From NCBI GenBank assembly GCA_965140785.1, contig OZ223489.1, positions 1-64,000 on the forward strand: a DNA stretch of 64,000 nucleotides. Reading direction: 5' to 3'. A program made the position numbers and the translations under genes. The notes beneath the pieces were generated by a model that saw only the letters and a list, made by a program, of their open reading frames with translations, did no database searches and was not told the DNA's origin. Positions 9,483 through 19,986 of the stretch are shown piece by piece. This DNA comes from an uncultured Ruficoccus sp. (GTDB lineage: Bacteria > Verrucomicrobiota > Verrucomicrobiia > Opitutales > Cerasicoccaceae). The number at the start of each line of letters is the position of its first letter. Positions within the stretch are counted from its first letter, which is position 1.

Positions 9483-10175
9483 CTACAACTCCAGAATGCC
9501 CTGATCGAGAAAGCTCAGAGCATCATCTGGAGTGACGATGATATGGTCGAGCAACTTCAAACCGACCGCCTGGGAGGCCTCGCTCAGGCGTTGGGTCAGG
9601 TACAGGTCTTCGGGCGAGGCCTTGAGCTGGCCGCTGGGGTGGTTGTGCGCGACCACGATATAGACCGCGTGCCGCGCCAAAGCTGCCTGCATTACCTTGC
9701 GGGGGTAAACCGTGGTCCGGTCAGCCACCCCCTCCTCCAGACGCTGCACCCCATCGGGCAGGAGTTGGTAGCGCTTGTCCAGGTAGGCCACCTCGAAGAC
9801 CTCGTGCCGCAAGCCGCCCAGTCGCGCCCGCCAGAAGTCGATCAGTTCGTCCACCCCGTCGAGCAGCGAACGGCCCTCGGTCCGCTGGCGCAGATAGAGT
9901 GTGGCCGCCTCACGGATGATCCGCAGGGCGACAGGTGCAACCTCGCCGATGCCCGCGATTTCCCGCAGTTTCTCCGGAGGGGCATCCAGAATGCCCCGAA
10001 CTGAGCCAAAGCGCTTCAGCAGGGCCTTGGCCGGAGCCTTCACATCGCACCGGGGAATGCACAGGGTCAGCAGCACTTCGACGATTTCGTGATCGGCGAA
10101 TCCATCGAACCCGGACTTGAGGAAGCGCTGACGCAGCCGGGCGCGATGTCCCTCTCCGGGCGATGCTGATTTCAT
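9483..10175 (-). CDS. radC: RadC/JAB-domain protein
   Basis: GHRARLRQRF N-terminus; HhH motif (IAGIG); AHNHPSG...S..D; LLDHII. Confidence 0.92.
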   Translation of the reverse strand: MKSASPGEGHRARLRQRFLKSGFDGFADHEIVEVLLTLCIPRCDVKAPAKALLKRFGSVRGILDAPPEKLREIAGIGEVAPVALRIIREAATLYLRQRTEGRSLLDGVDELIDFWRARLGGLRHEVFEVAYLDKRYQLLPDGVQRLEEGVADRTTVYPRKVMQAALARHAVYIVVAHNHPSGQLKASPEDLYLTQRLSEASQAVGLKLLDHIIVTPDDALSFLDQGILEL

Positions 10176-10265
10176 CCAACCAGCCAATCCTACTCCATCC
10201 CACAGGTCAATCGAAAGGGCGTACCCGAGCTTGCCTTTTCCGCGGATAAGACTATCCTCTTTCTT

Positions 10266-11159
10266 ATGAACGGTAAGCTCTTTGCCTCCGCCTGCTTGAT
10301 GGGCGTGCTCTGCTGGGCACCGGCAGCGCAGGGGGCGAGCGTAGCCCCCGGCGACAGCTACGCCGATATGATCTCCGAACTGGGCCAGCCGCAGGGATTC
10401 TTCGAACTGGAGAACAAAACCCTCTACCTGTACCCGGCGGGTAAAATCACCGTCGTCGATGACGTCATCACCGAGGTGGAGTTAAAAACCACCGCGGAGC
10501 TTGAGCGCGAAGCGGAGCTAAAGGCCGAAGCCGCCCGCCAGTGGGAGGCCCATCAGGAAATGAAAGAAGCCCGCCACCTGGAAAAAGGCGAGCAGCTCAA
10601 AGCCGACAAATTGACCGACCCGGACTTTCTCAGCCGCTCCTCCGGCGAGCAACTGGCCTTCTGGAAACACTTCCAGCGTGACTATCCAGAAATCGCGGTC
10701 ACGGAGGTAATCACGCCGCTGGCTGAACGCTTTGCCCGGGAGCAGGAAGAACTCGCCCGCGCCGAAAACCAGCTCAAGGCCCAGCAGCAGAAGATCGACA
10801 CGCTGGAGAAGCGCGTGCAGCAGGCCGAGCAGGTCGCCCAGGAAGCCCAACAGCAGCAGGACTCCGGCTACTACGCCTTTTACGGGACCGAGTACCCCGC
10901 GTACTATTATCCCTATCCGCAGAACCGCGTCGTCATCGTCAACGGCAATGGCAGCACCACGGTCATCCCGTCCAATCCCCGCACCCACTATCAGCGCAGC
11001 GGCCTCCAGATCGGCGGCAGCGTGGGCAGCGTGAACTTCCGCTACTCCAGCGGTGGTGGCTCCTACAACCGCTGGTCCTACCCGACCAGCTCAACCGTCA
11101 TCGTCCGCTCGCAGCCGCAACCCCCGCAGAATCCACCCCCGCCCCAGCAGGGGCAATAG
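10266..11159 (+). CDS. hypothetical secreted coiled-coil protein
   Basis: Signal peptide, Glu/Gln coiled coil, Tyr/Pro-rich tail; host-like codon usage. Confidence 0.75.
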   Translation: MNGKLFASACLMGVLCWAPAAQGASVAPGDSYADMISELGQPQGFFELENKTLYLYPAGKITVVDDVITEVELKTTAELEREAELKAEAARQWEAHQEMKEARHLEKGEQLKADKLTDPDFLSRSSGEQLAFWKHFQRDYPEIAVTEVITPLAERFAREQEELARAENQLKAQQQKIDTLEKRVQQAEQVAQEAQQQQDSGYYAFYGTEYPAYYYPYPQNRVVIVNGNGSTTVIPSNPRTHYQRSGLQIGGSVGSVNFRYSSGGGSYNRWSYPTSSTVIVRSQPQPPQNPPPPQQGQ

Positions 11160-11220
11160 TCTTTGCGCGGCTGGTATAGCCGATTCGTACCGGGGCGCTA
11201 TTTATCATAGATTTCCGTTG

Positions 11221-11453
11221 CCGGGGTAGCCGCCTTTCTGGCGGCTAGAGCGTTTTAGTTTTCGGCATAATTGGGTGGTCCAGTTTTGATGCTTTGGGTC
11301 TGCGATTGGCGAGGGCTGCGTAAGCCCGCAATCAATAGGCCGCGAACTTCAAACTCGGGACACTAGGGGCAGAGCCCCTCAGCGCCCGCGGATGTAAACC
11401 CTCAGGGGCAGCGAACGTTTGGGCAGGGCCCCATAATTGCTGTTCCAGCCGGA
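11221..11453. repeat. modular GTAG REP element, interrupted by an insertion
   Basis: CCGGGGTAGCCGCCTTTCTGGCGGC...TAGGGGCAGAGCCCCT...TGCTGTTCCAGCCGGA; matches the copies at 47950-48184 and 59034-59139. Confidence 0.8.
11245..11366. mobile_element. putative ~114-bp MITE flanked by a CTAG/TAG duplication
   Basis: CTAG at 11245-11248 and 11363-11366; imperfect ends AGCGTTTTAGTTT / AAACTCGGGACA; absent from the uninterrupted REP copy at 59034. Confidence 0.55.
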
Positions 11454-11495
11454 GCTTGCTTTCGGGGCGGGGATACGTTTGCATGGGACAGATAC

Positions 11496-12797
11496 ATGCG
11501 GGAGAGCCTTCGCAATCGTATCCAGCGGCGCTTAAATGACATCGAACAGTTCACGATCGATGTGATCTATGACCGACGCCATGGACTGGCGGAAACCATT
11601 TATGGCGGGTTTCTGCGGACTTTGTCGTGGCTATTCGGGAGCGTGGTACAGACGCGCGGCTGGCTGTACCGCAACCGGATTTTCCGGGATCAGCCGTTGG
11701 GCTGCCTCGTCGTGGTGGTGGGCAACCTCACCGTGGGCGGCACCGGCAAGACCCCGGTGGTGGAGAAGTTCGCCCGCTCCCTGCAGGAGCGCGGGCGCAA
11801 GGTGGCGATCCTCTCCCGCGGCTACCGCAGCAAGCCCGAGCGCAAGTACCAGAAATTCTGGCGCTGGCTCACCCATGGCGAGCCGCCCCCGCCGAAGGTC
11901 GTCAGCGACGGCAAGGACGTGCTGCTGGGCTCCTGGGAGGCCGGGGACGAACCCTACATGCTCGCTTGTAACCTGCCCGGCGTGGTCGTGCTGGTGGACA
12001 AAAACCGCGTCAAGGCCGGCGAGTACGCCATCCGCAAGTTCGGTTGCGACACGCTCATCCTCGACGATGGCTTCCAGTACCTGCCGCTGCGCGGCCAGTT
12101 GAACCTCCTGCTGGTGGACAAGAGCAACCCCTTCGGCAACCAGTGCATGCTGCCGCGCGGTATCCTGCGCGAGCCGGTCAAGCACATCCGGCGTGCCAGC
12201 TATGTCTTTCTAACCAAGTCCGACGGCGAGCCCGACCCGGAGCTGGAGCAGCTCATCCGGCGGCACAAGCCCGACGTGGACCTGATCGAGTGCAGCCACC
12301 AGCCGCAGTACCTCAAGGAGGTTTTCGGGGAACAGACCCGCTCGCTCGGCTCGCTCAAGGGCGTGCGCGTGGCCACCTTCAGCGGGATCGCCGTGCCCGA
12401 GAGCTTCGAGGCGTTCATCCGCCAGCTCGGCGCGAGCATTGTGCACAACCAGCGCTTCCTCGATCACCACCGCTTCACCCCCTACGAGCTGGACAACTTT
12501 TTCCGGCAGGCCCAGGAGGCCGGGGCCGAACTGGTCGTCACCACCGAGAAGGACGCCGTCCGCCTCGACCGCGACCATATCCCGCAGGAGGTGCCGTTCT
12601 TTTACCTGCGGCTGGAGGTCGGCATCCTCAAGGGCGGGGAGGACTTCGACGCCGCCGTCGGACGCATCTGCTTCCCCAAGACCGACCTCAAGGCCACCCG
12701 CTCGCCCTTCCTCTCGCGGCGTGGTGACCCCGAAAACGCTCCCCGCGGCCAGAAGGCCCAGCCCGACGAGGACGAGGTTCAGGCGCGGGCGGGTTGA
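11496..12797 (+). CDS. lpxK: tetraacyldisaccharide 4'-kinase
   Basis: [45 protein letters not shown]. Confidence 0.95.
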   Translation: MRESLRNRIQRRLNDIEQFTIDVIYDRRHGLAETIYGGFLRTLSWLFGSVVQTRGWLYRNRIFRDQPLGCLVVVVGNLTVGGTGKTPVVEKFARSLQERGRKVAILSRGYRSKPERKYQKFWRWLTHGEPPPPKVVSDGKDVLLGSWEAGDEPYMLACNLPGVVVLVDKNRVKAGEYAIRKFGCDTLILDDGFQYLPLRGQLNLLLVDKSNPFGNQCMLPRGILREPVKHIRRASYVFLTKSDGEPDPELEQLIRRHKPDVDLIECSHQPQYLKEVFGEQTRSLGSLKGVRVATFSGIAVPESFEAFIRQLGASIVHNQRFLDHHRFTPYELDNFFRQAQEAGAELVVTTEKDAVRLDRDHIPQEVPFFYLRLEVGILKGGEDFDAAVGRICFPKTDLKATRSPFLSRRGDPENAPRGQKAQPDEDEVQARAG

Positions 12798-12822
12798 GGG
12801 TCTCTCCAACAGGCTTCTCCCT

Positions 12823-12880
12823 GGGTAGGAGCCTTTCTGGCTCCGCAGGGGCGCAGCCCCTGATTGCTGCTCCAGCCGGA
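12823..12880. repeat. modular GTAG REP element
   Basis: GGGTAGGAGCCTTTCTGGCTCCGCAGGGGCGCAGCCCCTGATTGCTGCTCCAGCCGGA. Confidence 0.75.
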
Positions 12881-12953
12881 GTGCCCTGGATTTTGCGCTC
12901 GCCTGTGTTGAGGATGCCCTCTATAAGGCCGCCTGCTTCTTTACTTACCTGAT

Positions 12954-14177
12954 ATGACTGCTGACACCCAAGAAACCGATGCCCCCGCGACGACGGAGAG
13001 TTCCGCTCCCGTCCGCGACCTTGAGATCAAGGACGCCCAGATTATCTTCAACAGCGTCTGGAGTGACCTTGAGAAAGAGCTCGGTTCCGACCGGCTGGCT
13101 TTCCCCAAGGAAATTTTCTGGCTCAACGGTGCCCCCGGCGCCGGTAAGGGCACCCACACCCGCACGGCCATGCGCTACCGGGATTTTACCGAGCCGCCCA
13201 TCGTGGTCAGCGACCTGCTAAAAAGCCCCGAGGCCCGCAAGCGCATCGACGCGGGTATGCTGGTAGGCGACCGCGAAGTGACCGACCTGGTCTTTCGCGC
13301 CCTGCTCCAGCCGAACTACCAGAGCGGTGCCGTGGTGGACGGCTACCCCCGCACCAAGGTCCAGGTCGAGTGCCTGAAGATGCTTTACACCAAGCTCAAC
13401 GAACTGCGCGCCAAGTACGTAAAAACCCTTCTGGCCAGCAAGTTCCCCAAGCCGCATTTCCACATCCTGGTCCTCTTCATCGACGAGGAGGAGAGCGTGA
13501 AGCGCCAGATCCAGCGCGGCCAGCAGGCCATCGAGCACAACCGCGAAGTCGAAATCTCCGGCGTGGGCGAAAAGAAGGAGGTGCGCAAGACCGACCTCGA
13601 CGAGGACGCCGCCCGCCACCGCTATCGTGTTTTTAAGGAGAAGACCTACGACGCACTCCAGACCCTGCGCGATGTCTTCTACTACCACTACATCAACACG
13701 AACGACACGATCGAGAAGGTCAGCAAGCGCATCGTCAACGAGCTCAAGTACCAGAGTTCACTCGAGCTGGAGGAGTCCACCTTTGACCGCATCTCGACCA
13801 TTCCGCTGGCCGGCTCCATCATTACCCACGCCCGGCAGGAGCTGATCAGCCGCCTCGACAGCTACGAGCAGCACGAGAGCGAGTTGTTCGGGCGCGTGGT
13901 CAACCTCGTGCGGGACAAGTTCATGCCGATCATTATCCGGCACGCCATTTCCGGCCGCGCCATCGTCAACAGCGAGGACGAGGTCTTCGACCACCCGCTG
14001 GCCTCGGCCATGCTGATCGACATCTTCTCCGAGCGCGGCTTCCACGCCACGGTGGACATCCAGCGCGAGCAGGTGCCCGACAGCATCGACCCGAAGACCT
14101 TCAAGATCACCACCCGGTCCAAGCGTGTCGTGCGCGTCCACATCAGCTTCCCCGGCAGCGAGATCCGCCGCGGTTAG
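12954..14177 (+). CDS. adenylate/nucleoside monophosphate kinase family protein with C-terminal extension
   Basis: P-loop [21 protein letters not shown]; about 140 extra residues at the C-terminus. Confidence 0.8.
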   Translation: MTADTQETDAPATTESSAPVRDLEIKDAQIIFNSVWSDLEKELGSDRLAFPKEIFWLNGAPGAGKGTHTRTAMRYRDFTEPPIVVSDLLKSPEARKRIDAGMLVGDREVTDLVFRALLQPNYQSGAVVDGYPRTKVQVECLKMLYTKLNELRAKYVKTLLASKFPKPHFHILVLFIDEEESVKRQIQRGQQAIEHNREVEISGVGEKKEVRKTDLDEDAARHRYRVFKEKTYDALQTLRDVFYYHYINTNDTIEKVSKRIVNELKYQSSLELEESTFDRISTIPLAGSIITHARQELISRLDSYEQHESELFGRVVNLVRDKFMPIIIRHAISGRAIVNSEDEVFDHPLASAMLIDIFSERGFHATVDIQREQVPDSIDPKTFKITTRSKRVVRVHISFPGSEIRRG

Positions 14178-14374
14178 GCTGGGCAGGCATCCGGGGTCGT
14201 TAACATCGGGGCACAGGCTTTGCCTTTGAATGGCTACGCGGCCTCCCGACCCGCAGCCCACCTTGCTGCCATCCGCTCCGGCGAAGCCCATTCCCCTCCG
14301 GGGCGTTTTTCTGCACGCGCATGAGGTGGGCATGGCTTGACCCCGCTGCGCTTCCGGCCCATTTTTAGCGGGAT

Positions 14375-15484
14375 ATGGACCCTCGATACGAAGAACTCGC
14401 TGCCGTACTGACTGGCTTTTCCTGCTCCCTGAAAAAGGGCGAACATGTCCTCATCGACGCCTTTGACATCCCCGCCGAGATGGTCGTGGCGCTGATCCGC
14501 GCCGCCCGCAAGCGCCGGGCCGTTCCGCACGTGCTTGAGCACAGCGCGCGCATCCAGCGTGAGCTGATCATGAAGGGCACGCCGGAGCAGTTCGCCGGAC
14601 TGGCCGAGGTTGAGCTTCAGCGGATGCAGAAGATGGACGCGTACATCGCCGTGCGCGGGTCGGACAATATTTTCGAATCCAGCGACGTGCCCTCGAAGCA
14701 GATGGCCGCCTATATGCAGGCCATAAAGCCCGTGCTCGACCACCGGGTGAACGAGACCAAGTGGGTCGTGCTGCGCTGGCCCACCTCCGCCATGGCCCAG
14801 CAGGCCATGATGAGCACCGAGGCTTTCGAGGATTTTTACTTCCGAGTGTGCACACTCGATTACGCCCGCATGAAGCCCGGCATGGCCGCGCTGAAAAAGC
14901 TCATGGAGAAGACCGACCAGGTCTACCTCAAGGGCCCCGGCACGGACCTGCGCTTTTCCATCAAGGGCATGCCCGCCATCCCCTGCGGCGGCCAGTACAA
15001 CATCCCCGACGGCGAGGTCTTCACCGCCCCGGTCCGCGACAGCGTCGAGGGCGTCATCAGCTACAACGCGCCGACCGTGTACCAGGGCGTGTCCTTCGAC
15101 AACGTCCGCTTCGAGTTCCAGAAGGGCAAGGTCGTCAAGGCCACCGGCTCGAACCAGAAGAAGCTCAACGAGATCCTCGGCACCGACGAGGGGGCGCGCT
15201 ACATCGGCGAGTTCGCGATCGGCTTCAATCCGCACGTCACCGCGCCCATGCGCGACATCCTCTTCGACGAGAAGATCGCCGGCTCCTTCCACTTCACGCC
15301 CGGCCAGGCCTACGAGGTAGCCGACAACGGCAACCGCTCGCAGGTCCACTGGGACCTGGTCAACATCCAGCGCAAGGACTGGGGCGGCGGCGAAATCATC
15401 TTCGACGGTAAGGTCATCCGCAAGGACGGCGTCTTCCTCCCGAAAGCTTTGCACAAGCTCAACCCCGAGTACCTGCTGGGGTAG
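14375..15484 (+). CDS. aminopeptidase, M29 (AmpS/PepS) family
   Basis: [32 protein letters not shown]. Confidence 0.92.
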   Translation: MDPRYEELAAVLTGFSCSLKKGEHVLIDAFDIPAEMVVALIRAARKRRAVPHVLEHSARIQRELIMKGTPEQFAGLAEVELQRMQKMDAYIAVRGSDNIFESSDVPSKQMAAYMQAIKPVLDHRVNETKWVVLRWPTSAMAQQAMMSTEAFEDFYFRVCTLDYARMKPGMAALKKLMEKTDQVYLKGPGTDLRFSIKGMPAIPCGGQYNIPDGEVFTAPVRDSVEGVISYNAPTVYQGVSFDNVRFEFQKGKVVKATGSNQKKLNEILGTDEGARYIGEFAIGFNPHVTAPMRDILFDEKIAGSFHFTPGQAYEVADNGNRSQVHWDLVNIQRKDWGGGEIIFDGKVIRKDGVFLPKALHKLNPEYLLG

Positions 15485-15490
15485 CCCCTC

Positions 15491-16111
15491 ATGAGCGGGA
15501 GGAGAAGGAAAATCGTGGCGCTGCTGCTTGGCAGCTCATTGATGAAACTGGCCGCCGTACAAGCTGCTGCGGTCGGAGACCATCTCCCTGCGTTCACGCC
15601 TGAGCCGTTAATCTTTGAGGTGGCCGCATCCACCGGCCAGGACCCGGCTCGTTTTTTGGCAATGGGACAGTCCGCGCTGGAGGAGCCGCTACGGATTGAT
15701 CCGGCGTTGGAGGTGGAAGGTTCTCTGACAGAGGAGGCCGATCTGTTCCGTTTCATGGCTTGCGTATTCAGGCGTTACCGGGAGATGAGCGATATGCGTG
15801 AAGTGCGGGAGTTCTCGTATATTGCCGACGACAAAAGGTTTGAAGCCATGCTGGCGGACGATGCGCTAGCTGCCCGGATGTTGGAAATGTACCATGACCT
15901 GGCATACGTGGAATACGAAGTCGGGTGGTACCGGTCTTCTCAAATCTATTGCGCGATGCTGAAGATGCATCAGGAGAAAAGGCCTGCGTATATTGTTCCC
16001 ATGATGTTTATCCGGCTGGAAGACGAATGGCGTGTATATTCGGGCACGAGGTGTCGCGACTTCGTTGGAGAAGCAGGTCAGCCTCGCGGGTATGATGGGA
16101 GACTTCGATGA
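15491..16111 (+). CDS. hypothetical protein (possible signal peptide, atypical codon usage)
   Basis: 206-aa ORF filling the gap between co-oriented genes; visibly lower GC. Confidence 0.55.
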   Translation: MSGRRRKIVALLLGSSLMKLAAVQAAAVGDHLPAFTPEPLIFEVAASTGQDPARFLAMGQSALEEPLRIDPALEVEGSLTEEADLFRFMACVFRRYREMSDMREVREFSYIADDKRFEAMLADDALAARMLEMYHDLAYVEYEVGWYRSSQIYCAMLKMHQEKRPAYIVPMMFIRLEDEWRVYSGTRCRDFVGEAGQPRGYDGRLR

Positions 16112-16246
16112 CAGACTGGAGGTTGGACCTGCGCCTGATAAACTGAAATCCGCCTTCGCGCGGATGCTGGCGCTCGGAACCGTTGTCGAGCTGGGGGCTG
16201 CTTCACCAACGATGCCCGGGACAGCAACCCATCCAGAAACAAAACC

Positions 16247-17291
16247 ATGACCGCTACCGCCCAAGACCTCCGCAGTTTCATAAATGCGCTGCCCCAAAAC
16301 CGAGACGCACCTGCACATCGAGGGGGGCGCTGCCGTGGCGGCTCCTGCAGGAGATGGATGGGATCAAGTACGCGGCCACGCCGCCGTCCTGGGAGGGGCA
16401 TTTCAAGTTCCGCGACTTCGCGCACTTCGACCAGGAGCTGCTCGGCCACGCGATGGCCTGGTACGTTTCGCCCCGAGCGCTACCACGAGTCTGCCACTGA
16501 GGTTTTCAAGGAACTGCAGGAGCAGAACGTGCGCTACGTCGAGACCAGCTTCGCCAGCGGGGGTGATCGAGTTCCTCGGGGTGGACGGCAAGGATATCCT
16601 CGACGGCATTCTTGCCGCCGTTCCCGAGGGGCTGGAGGCGCGGGTCTTTCTCGGCATCCACCACGGCGGCCTGAACGCAAAAATGCTGCCCCTCGTCGAG
16701 GAGGCGCTGACCTGGGACGGGCTCGCGGGGATCGACCTGCACGGGACCGAGACGGTTCCTCTTGACGAGGCGACGCCGCGCATCTGGCGGGAGGCGCGCG
16801 AAGCGGGCAAGTTTACCAAGGCGCACGCGGGCGAGTTCTGCGGGGCGGATTTTGTGCGGTACGTGATCGAGGAGCTCGGCGCCCAGCGTATCGAGCACGG
16901 CGTGCGGGCGGGCGAGGACCCGGCGGTGCTCGACCTGATCCGCGAGCGGAACCTCACGCTCGATGTCTGCCCGATCAGCAACGTCAAGCTCATGCCCGGC
17001 CTCACCCGCGAGAACCACCCCATCCGCGAACTGGTCGATGCCGGGGTGCGCTGCACCGTCAGCACGGACGACCCCATGCTCTTCGGCAACAAGCTGGCCG
17101 ACGAATACGAGCTCTTGCACTTTTACCGCAATTTCAGCCGGACCGAACTGGTGCAAATCGCCCGCAACGGCTTCGAGGCCGCGCTTGTCTGCGAGGAGCA
17201 CCGGCAGGCGCTGCTGGAGGATTTTGACCGCACCGCCGCTTCGCTGATCGAAGGCTCCGCCGAGCAGAATGACCGTCCCGCCGATGCCTGA
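16247..17291 (+). pseudogene. adenosine deaminase family protein with 4 apparent +1 frameshifts (probably sequencing errors)
   Basis: Reassembles as LPKTETHLHIEGALPW...KAHAGE...RIEHG...CPISN...STDDP. Extra bases lie in runs at 16292-16295, 16322-16327, 16471-16474 and 16559-16563. Confidence 0.85.
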
Positions 17292-18215
17292 GTCGATCGC
17301 ATTTCTGGTGCCCGAAGGCGTCGAGCGCGAACGCGCCGACCGCGTGTTGGCGGAGAACTTTCCCAACTTCAGCCGTTCGCGCCTGCAGAAGTCTTTCGAC
17401 CGCGGCGAGGTGCTTTTAAAAGGCGAGCCGATCAAAAAGAAGCATCCGCTGGAAGCGGGCGACATTCTCAGCCTCGTGCTGCCCGAGCCGCCCCCGTCCA
17501 GTGTCGAGCCGGTGGACCTCGGGATCGAGCTGCTCTACGAGGACGCGCACATCGCCGTCGCCCTCAAGCCCTGCGGGCTCATCACCCACGGCGGACCCGG
17601 CATCGAGGAGCCGACCCTTTGCCACGGCATGATGCACGCCTGCGGCGGCAAGCTCAGCCGCGCTTCCGGCGACCTGCGCCCGGGGATCGTTCACCGGCTG
17701 GACAAGGAGACGACCGGCGCGATCGTTTTCGCCAAGAGTGATGAGGCGTTTTTTTAAAATGGTGGAGGCCTTCTCGGGCCGTGAAATCCGCAAGGAGTAC
17801 CTGGCCATCGTCACCGGTAACCCGCGGCTGGAGTCCGGTACGATCAAAGAACCCATCGACCGCCACCCGGTCAACCGCACCCGCATGGCCGTGGTGAAGG
17901 GAGGGACGTCACGCCCACACCGACTGGAAGGTCGAGGAACACCTCGGCCACTCTCACACGCTCATCCGCTGTTTCCTGCACACCGGACGCACGCACCAGA
18001 TCCGTGTGCACCTCAGCCATCTGGGACATCCGATCCTGGGCGACACGACCTACGGCTATCGCCCCCGGCCCGGCGAAAAGGCCCCGCCGCACTTTTTTCT
18101 TCATGCGCAACTGCTCGGCTTCGCCCATCCGATCACCCGGGAGGCACTCCTCTTCGAGGCCCCGCTACCGGAGGCCTTCGAGACCCAGCTCGCGCATCTG
18201 CGCCCCGGGGCATAG
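17269..18215 (+). pseudogene. rluD: RluA/RluD pseudouridine synthase with 2 apparent +1 frameshifts
   Basis: S4 domain, RPGIVHRLDKETTG, HTGRTHQIRVH, GHPILGD..YG; extra bases at 17749-17755 and 17903-17905. Confidence 0.85.
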
Positions 18216-18283
18216 CCTGGCTCTGTTGTAGATAAAGCGGAGCCCCATGTAAAACCACAGGGCGCGCTCACCGCCGTCTGCAT

Positions 18284-18990
18284 TCATGAGCGCTCAGTCT
18301 TCGCGAAGCTCCCCTCTTTCAAAAAATGAAGGGTGTGCCGGATGGTCTGGCGGTCTTGCAGGATAAAGTAGTGGCTGGCCGCAACGGTCGTAAAATCCGC
18401 CATGCCCGCCAGACGCGTGCTCTCGACCGCCACCTTGCCGTCATGCGGACGCGAGAACAGCGGGGCAAACCACGGGTCGAGCGAGCGCGTCCCCGGCGAT
18501 CACCCCCACCCCCGCAGGCAGCGGACCGAGACGCTTCGGGAGCGAGTCGTCCTCATCGAGGGCGAGTTCCCGGCCCGCCGGGCCGAACATCCAGCGGTAC
18601 GGCCCCCAGTTTTTCAGGAACTGGGCCACCTCGGCTGCCGTTGTTGGGCGGGGCCACGAGCACGGCGCGGGCAAAGTTCACCGGTGGGGCGCTGCGCATC
18701 AGCTCCCGGAAGATGATCCCACCCATGGAAAAGGTGACGAAGTGCAGCGGGCGGGACGGGGCGGTGTTGATCCGGGCCAGGGCGGGACCAACATGCTCCG
18801 TCACCAGTTTGCCAATGCGATGGCGGGTGGACGGGTAGTGAATCGTCTCCACCGCGAAGCCCGCTGCGTGCAGCGTCTTGCCCATCCGCCCCGGCAGGCC
18901 GGGGTTGGGGCCGATGCCGCCCAGTATGACCACCAGCGGCGCCCCTTCGAGGGGCAGGCGGGAGTGGCGGATTTTTCGTGGACCGATCAT
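18284..18990 (-). pseudogene. alpha/beta hydrolase (esterase/lipase-like) with 2 apparent +1 frameshifts
   Basis: YPS, HFVTFSMGG, PPNNGS(E), GVIAG, HDGKVAVEST, ASH; extra bases at 18633-18634 and 18491-18494. Confidence 0.75.
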
Positions 18991-19775
18991 GACAGGCAGG
19001 TTTTTAGAGATAAAACCCGGTGCCCGTCCGAGGCAAGGTCGGGAACAGCCGCTTCCCGAGCGGCGAAATCGGACACCTGTGACGGCGACAGAAGGAAGCC
19101 GGCCGAATGCATGCGCCAGACCGCGGGCGACTCGCCCAGCGAACCTTCCAGCACGGTAAAGAGGCGCGGGTCCTTGTACTGACTGGCAGGCGTCACTGTC
19201 CGCTGCCGCAGGGGAATCCGCCCGAGAAACCACCACCGCCAGAAGCCCAGCGCATGCCCCGGCTGCTCCGACAGCAGCTTGGAGAACCGCTCCACCTGCC
19301 CCACCCCGGTCCCAAGCGCCTCCGCGTAAACCGCATACACGAACTTCGAGCAAAACTGGTGGCGCGAGTCGTAGTTGAATCCGAAGTCGTACCAGGCACC
19401 CAGTCGGCGGTCCGCCGCCACCACCAGCCGCTGCGCCTGCGCCGGGCTCAATCCTTCCCGCAGCCGCCGGATGGCGAACCGCCCCCGCTCCGAACGGGCC
19501 AGGAACTTATCCAGCGGGGTCAGCCGGGCGCGGGGCACGGCGCTCTCGGCCACCCACCAGCGCCCCTGCTCACAGTGGTGCAGCACGCCGACGTGCGAAG
19601 TCCAGCTGCCCGTCGCCGCAGCTACCCGGCCATAGAGAAACCCGCCGATACGGATAAAGACCACGTCGCCCACCCGCAGGTCGAGCGGATCGACCTCAGA
19701 GGTTTCGAGTTTCAGCGACAGAGCGAAATCCGTCGAAGAGAAGAATTGATTATCAAATTGAGTAAGTGTCTTCAT
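18987..19775 (-). CDS. YebB/YiiX permuted papain-like (NlpC/P60) enzyme
   Basis: GDVVF, SHVG, AES, YDFGF...FCSKFV, FWRWWF.GRIP..R.TVTP. Confidence 0.85.
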   Translation of the reverse strand: MKTLTQFDNQFFSSTDFALSLKLETSEVDPLDLRVGDVVFIRIGGFLYGRVAAATGSWTSHVGVLHHCEQGRWWVAESAVPRARLTPLDKFLARSERGRFAIRRLREGLSPAQAQRLVVAADRRLGAWYDFGFNYDSRHQFCSKFVYAVYAEALGTGVGQVERFSKLLSEQPGHALGFWRWWFLGRIPLRQRTVTPASQYKDPRLFTVLEGSLGESPAVWRMHSAGFLLSPSQVSDFAAREAAVPDLASDGHRVLSLKTCLS

Positions 19776-19921
19776 TTAAATTATTTTTTAATAGTTTTAA
19801 TTTCACAGAGTTTGGTAGGGTGCGCAGGCCTGCGGAGGCGATGGCGTGGAGGCCGTTGATTAAGGCCGCCCGGACAGCAGAGGTGATAAGGGAGCCGGTG
19901 GACCTACTTCTATAGCGAAGA

Positions 19922-19986
19922 GGGGTAGCGTCCTTTTGGACGCGTAGGGGGCCATGCCCCCTTATTGTCCCGTGCGGTCACGCACC
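19922..19986. repeat. modular GTAG REP overlapping the aas stop codon
   Basis: GGGGTAGCGTCCTTTTGGACGCGTAGGGGGCCATGCCCCC...TGTCCCGTGCGGTCACGCAC. Confidence 0.75.

Noticed and set aside
9483..10175. radC as a marker of a prophage or integrative element
   Set aside because: It is the full-length housekeeping form, with no integrase, att site or phage genes nearby.
16247..18990. Programmed frameshifting or phase variation
   Set aside because: There are too many short-run +1 events in unrelated housekeeping genes; sequencing error is more parsimonious.
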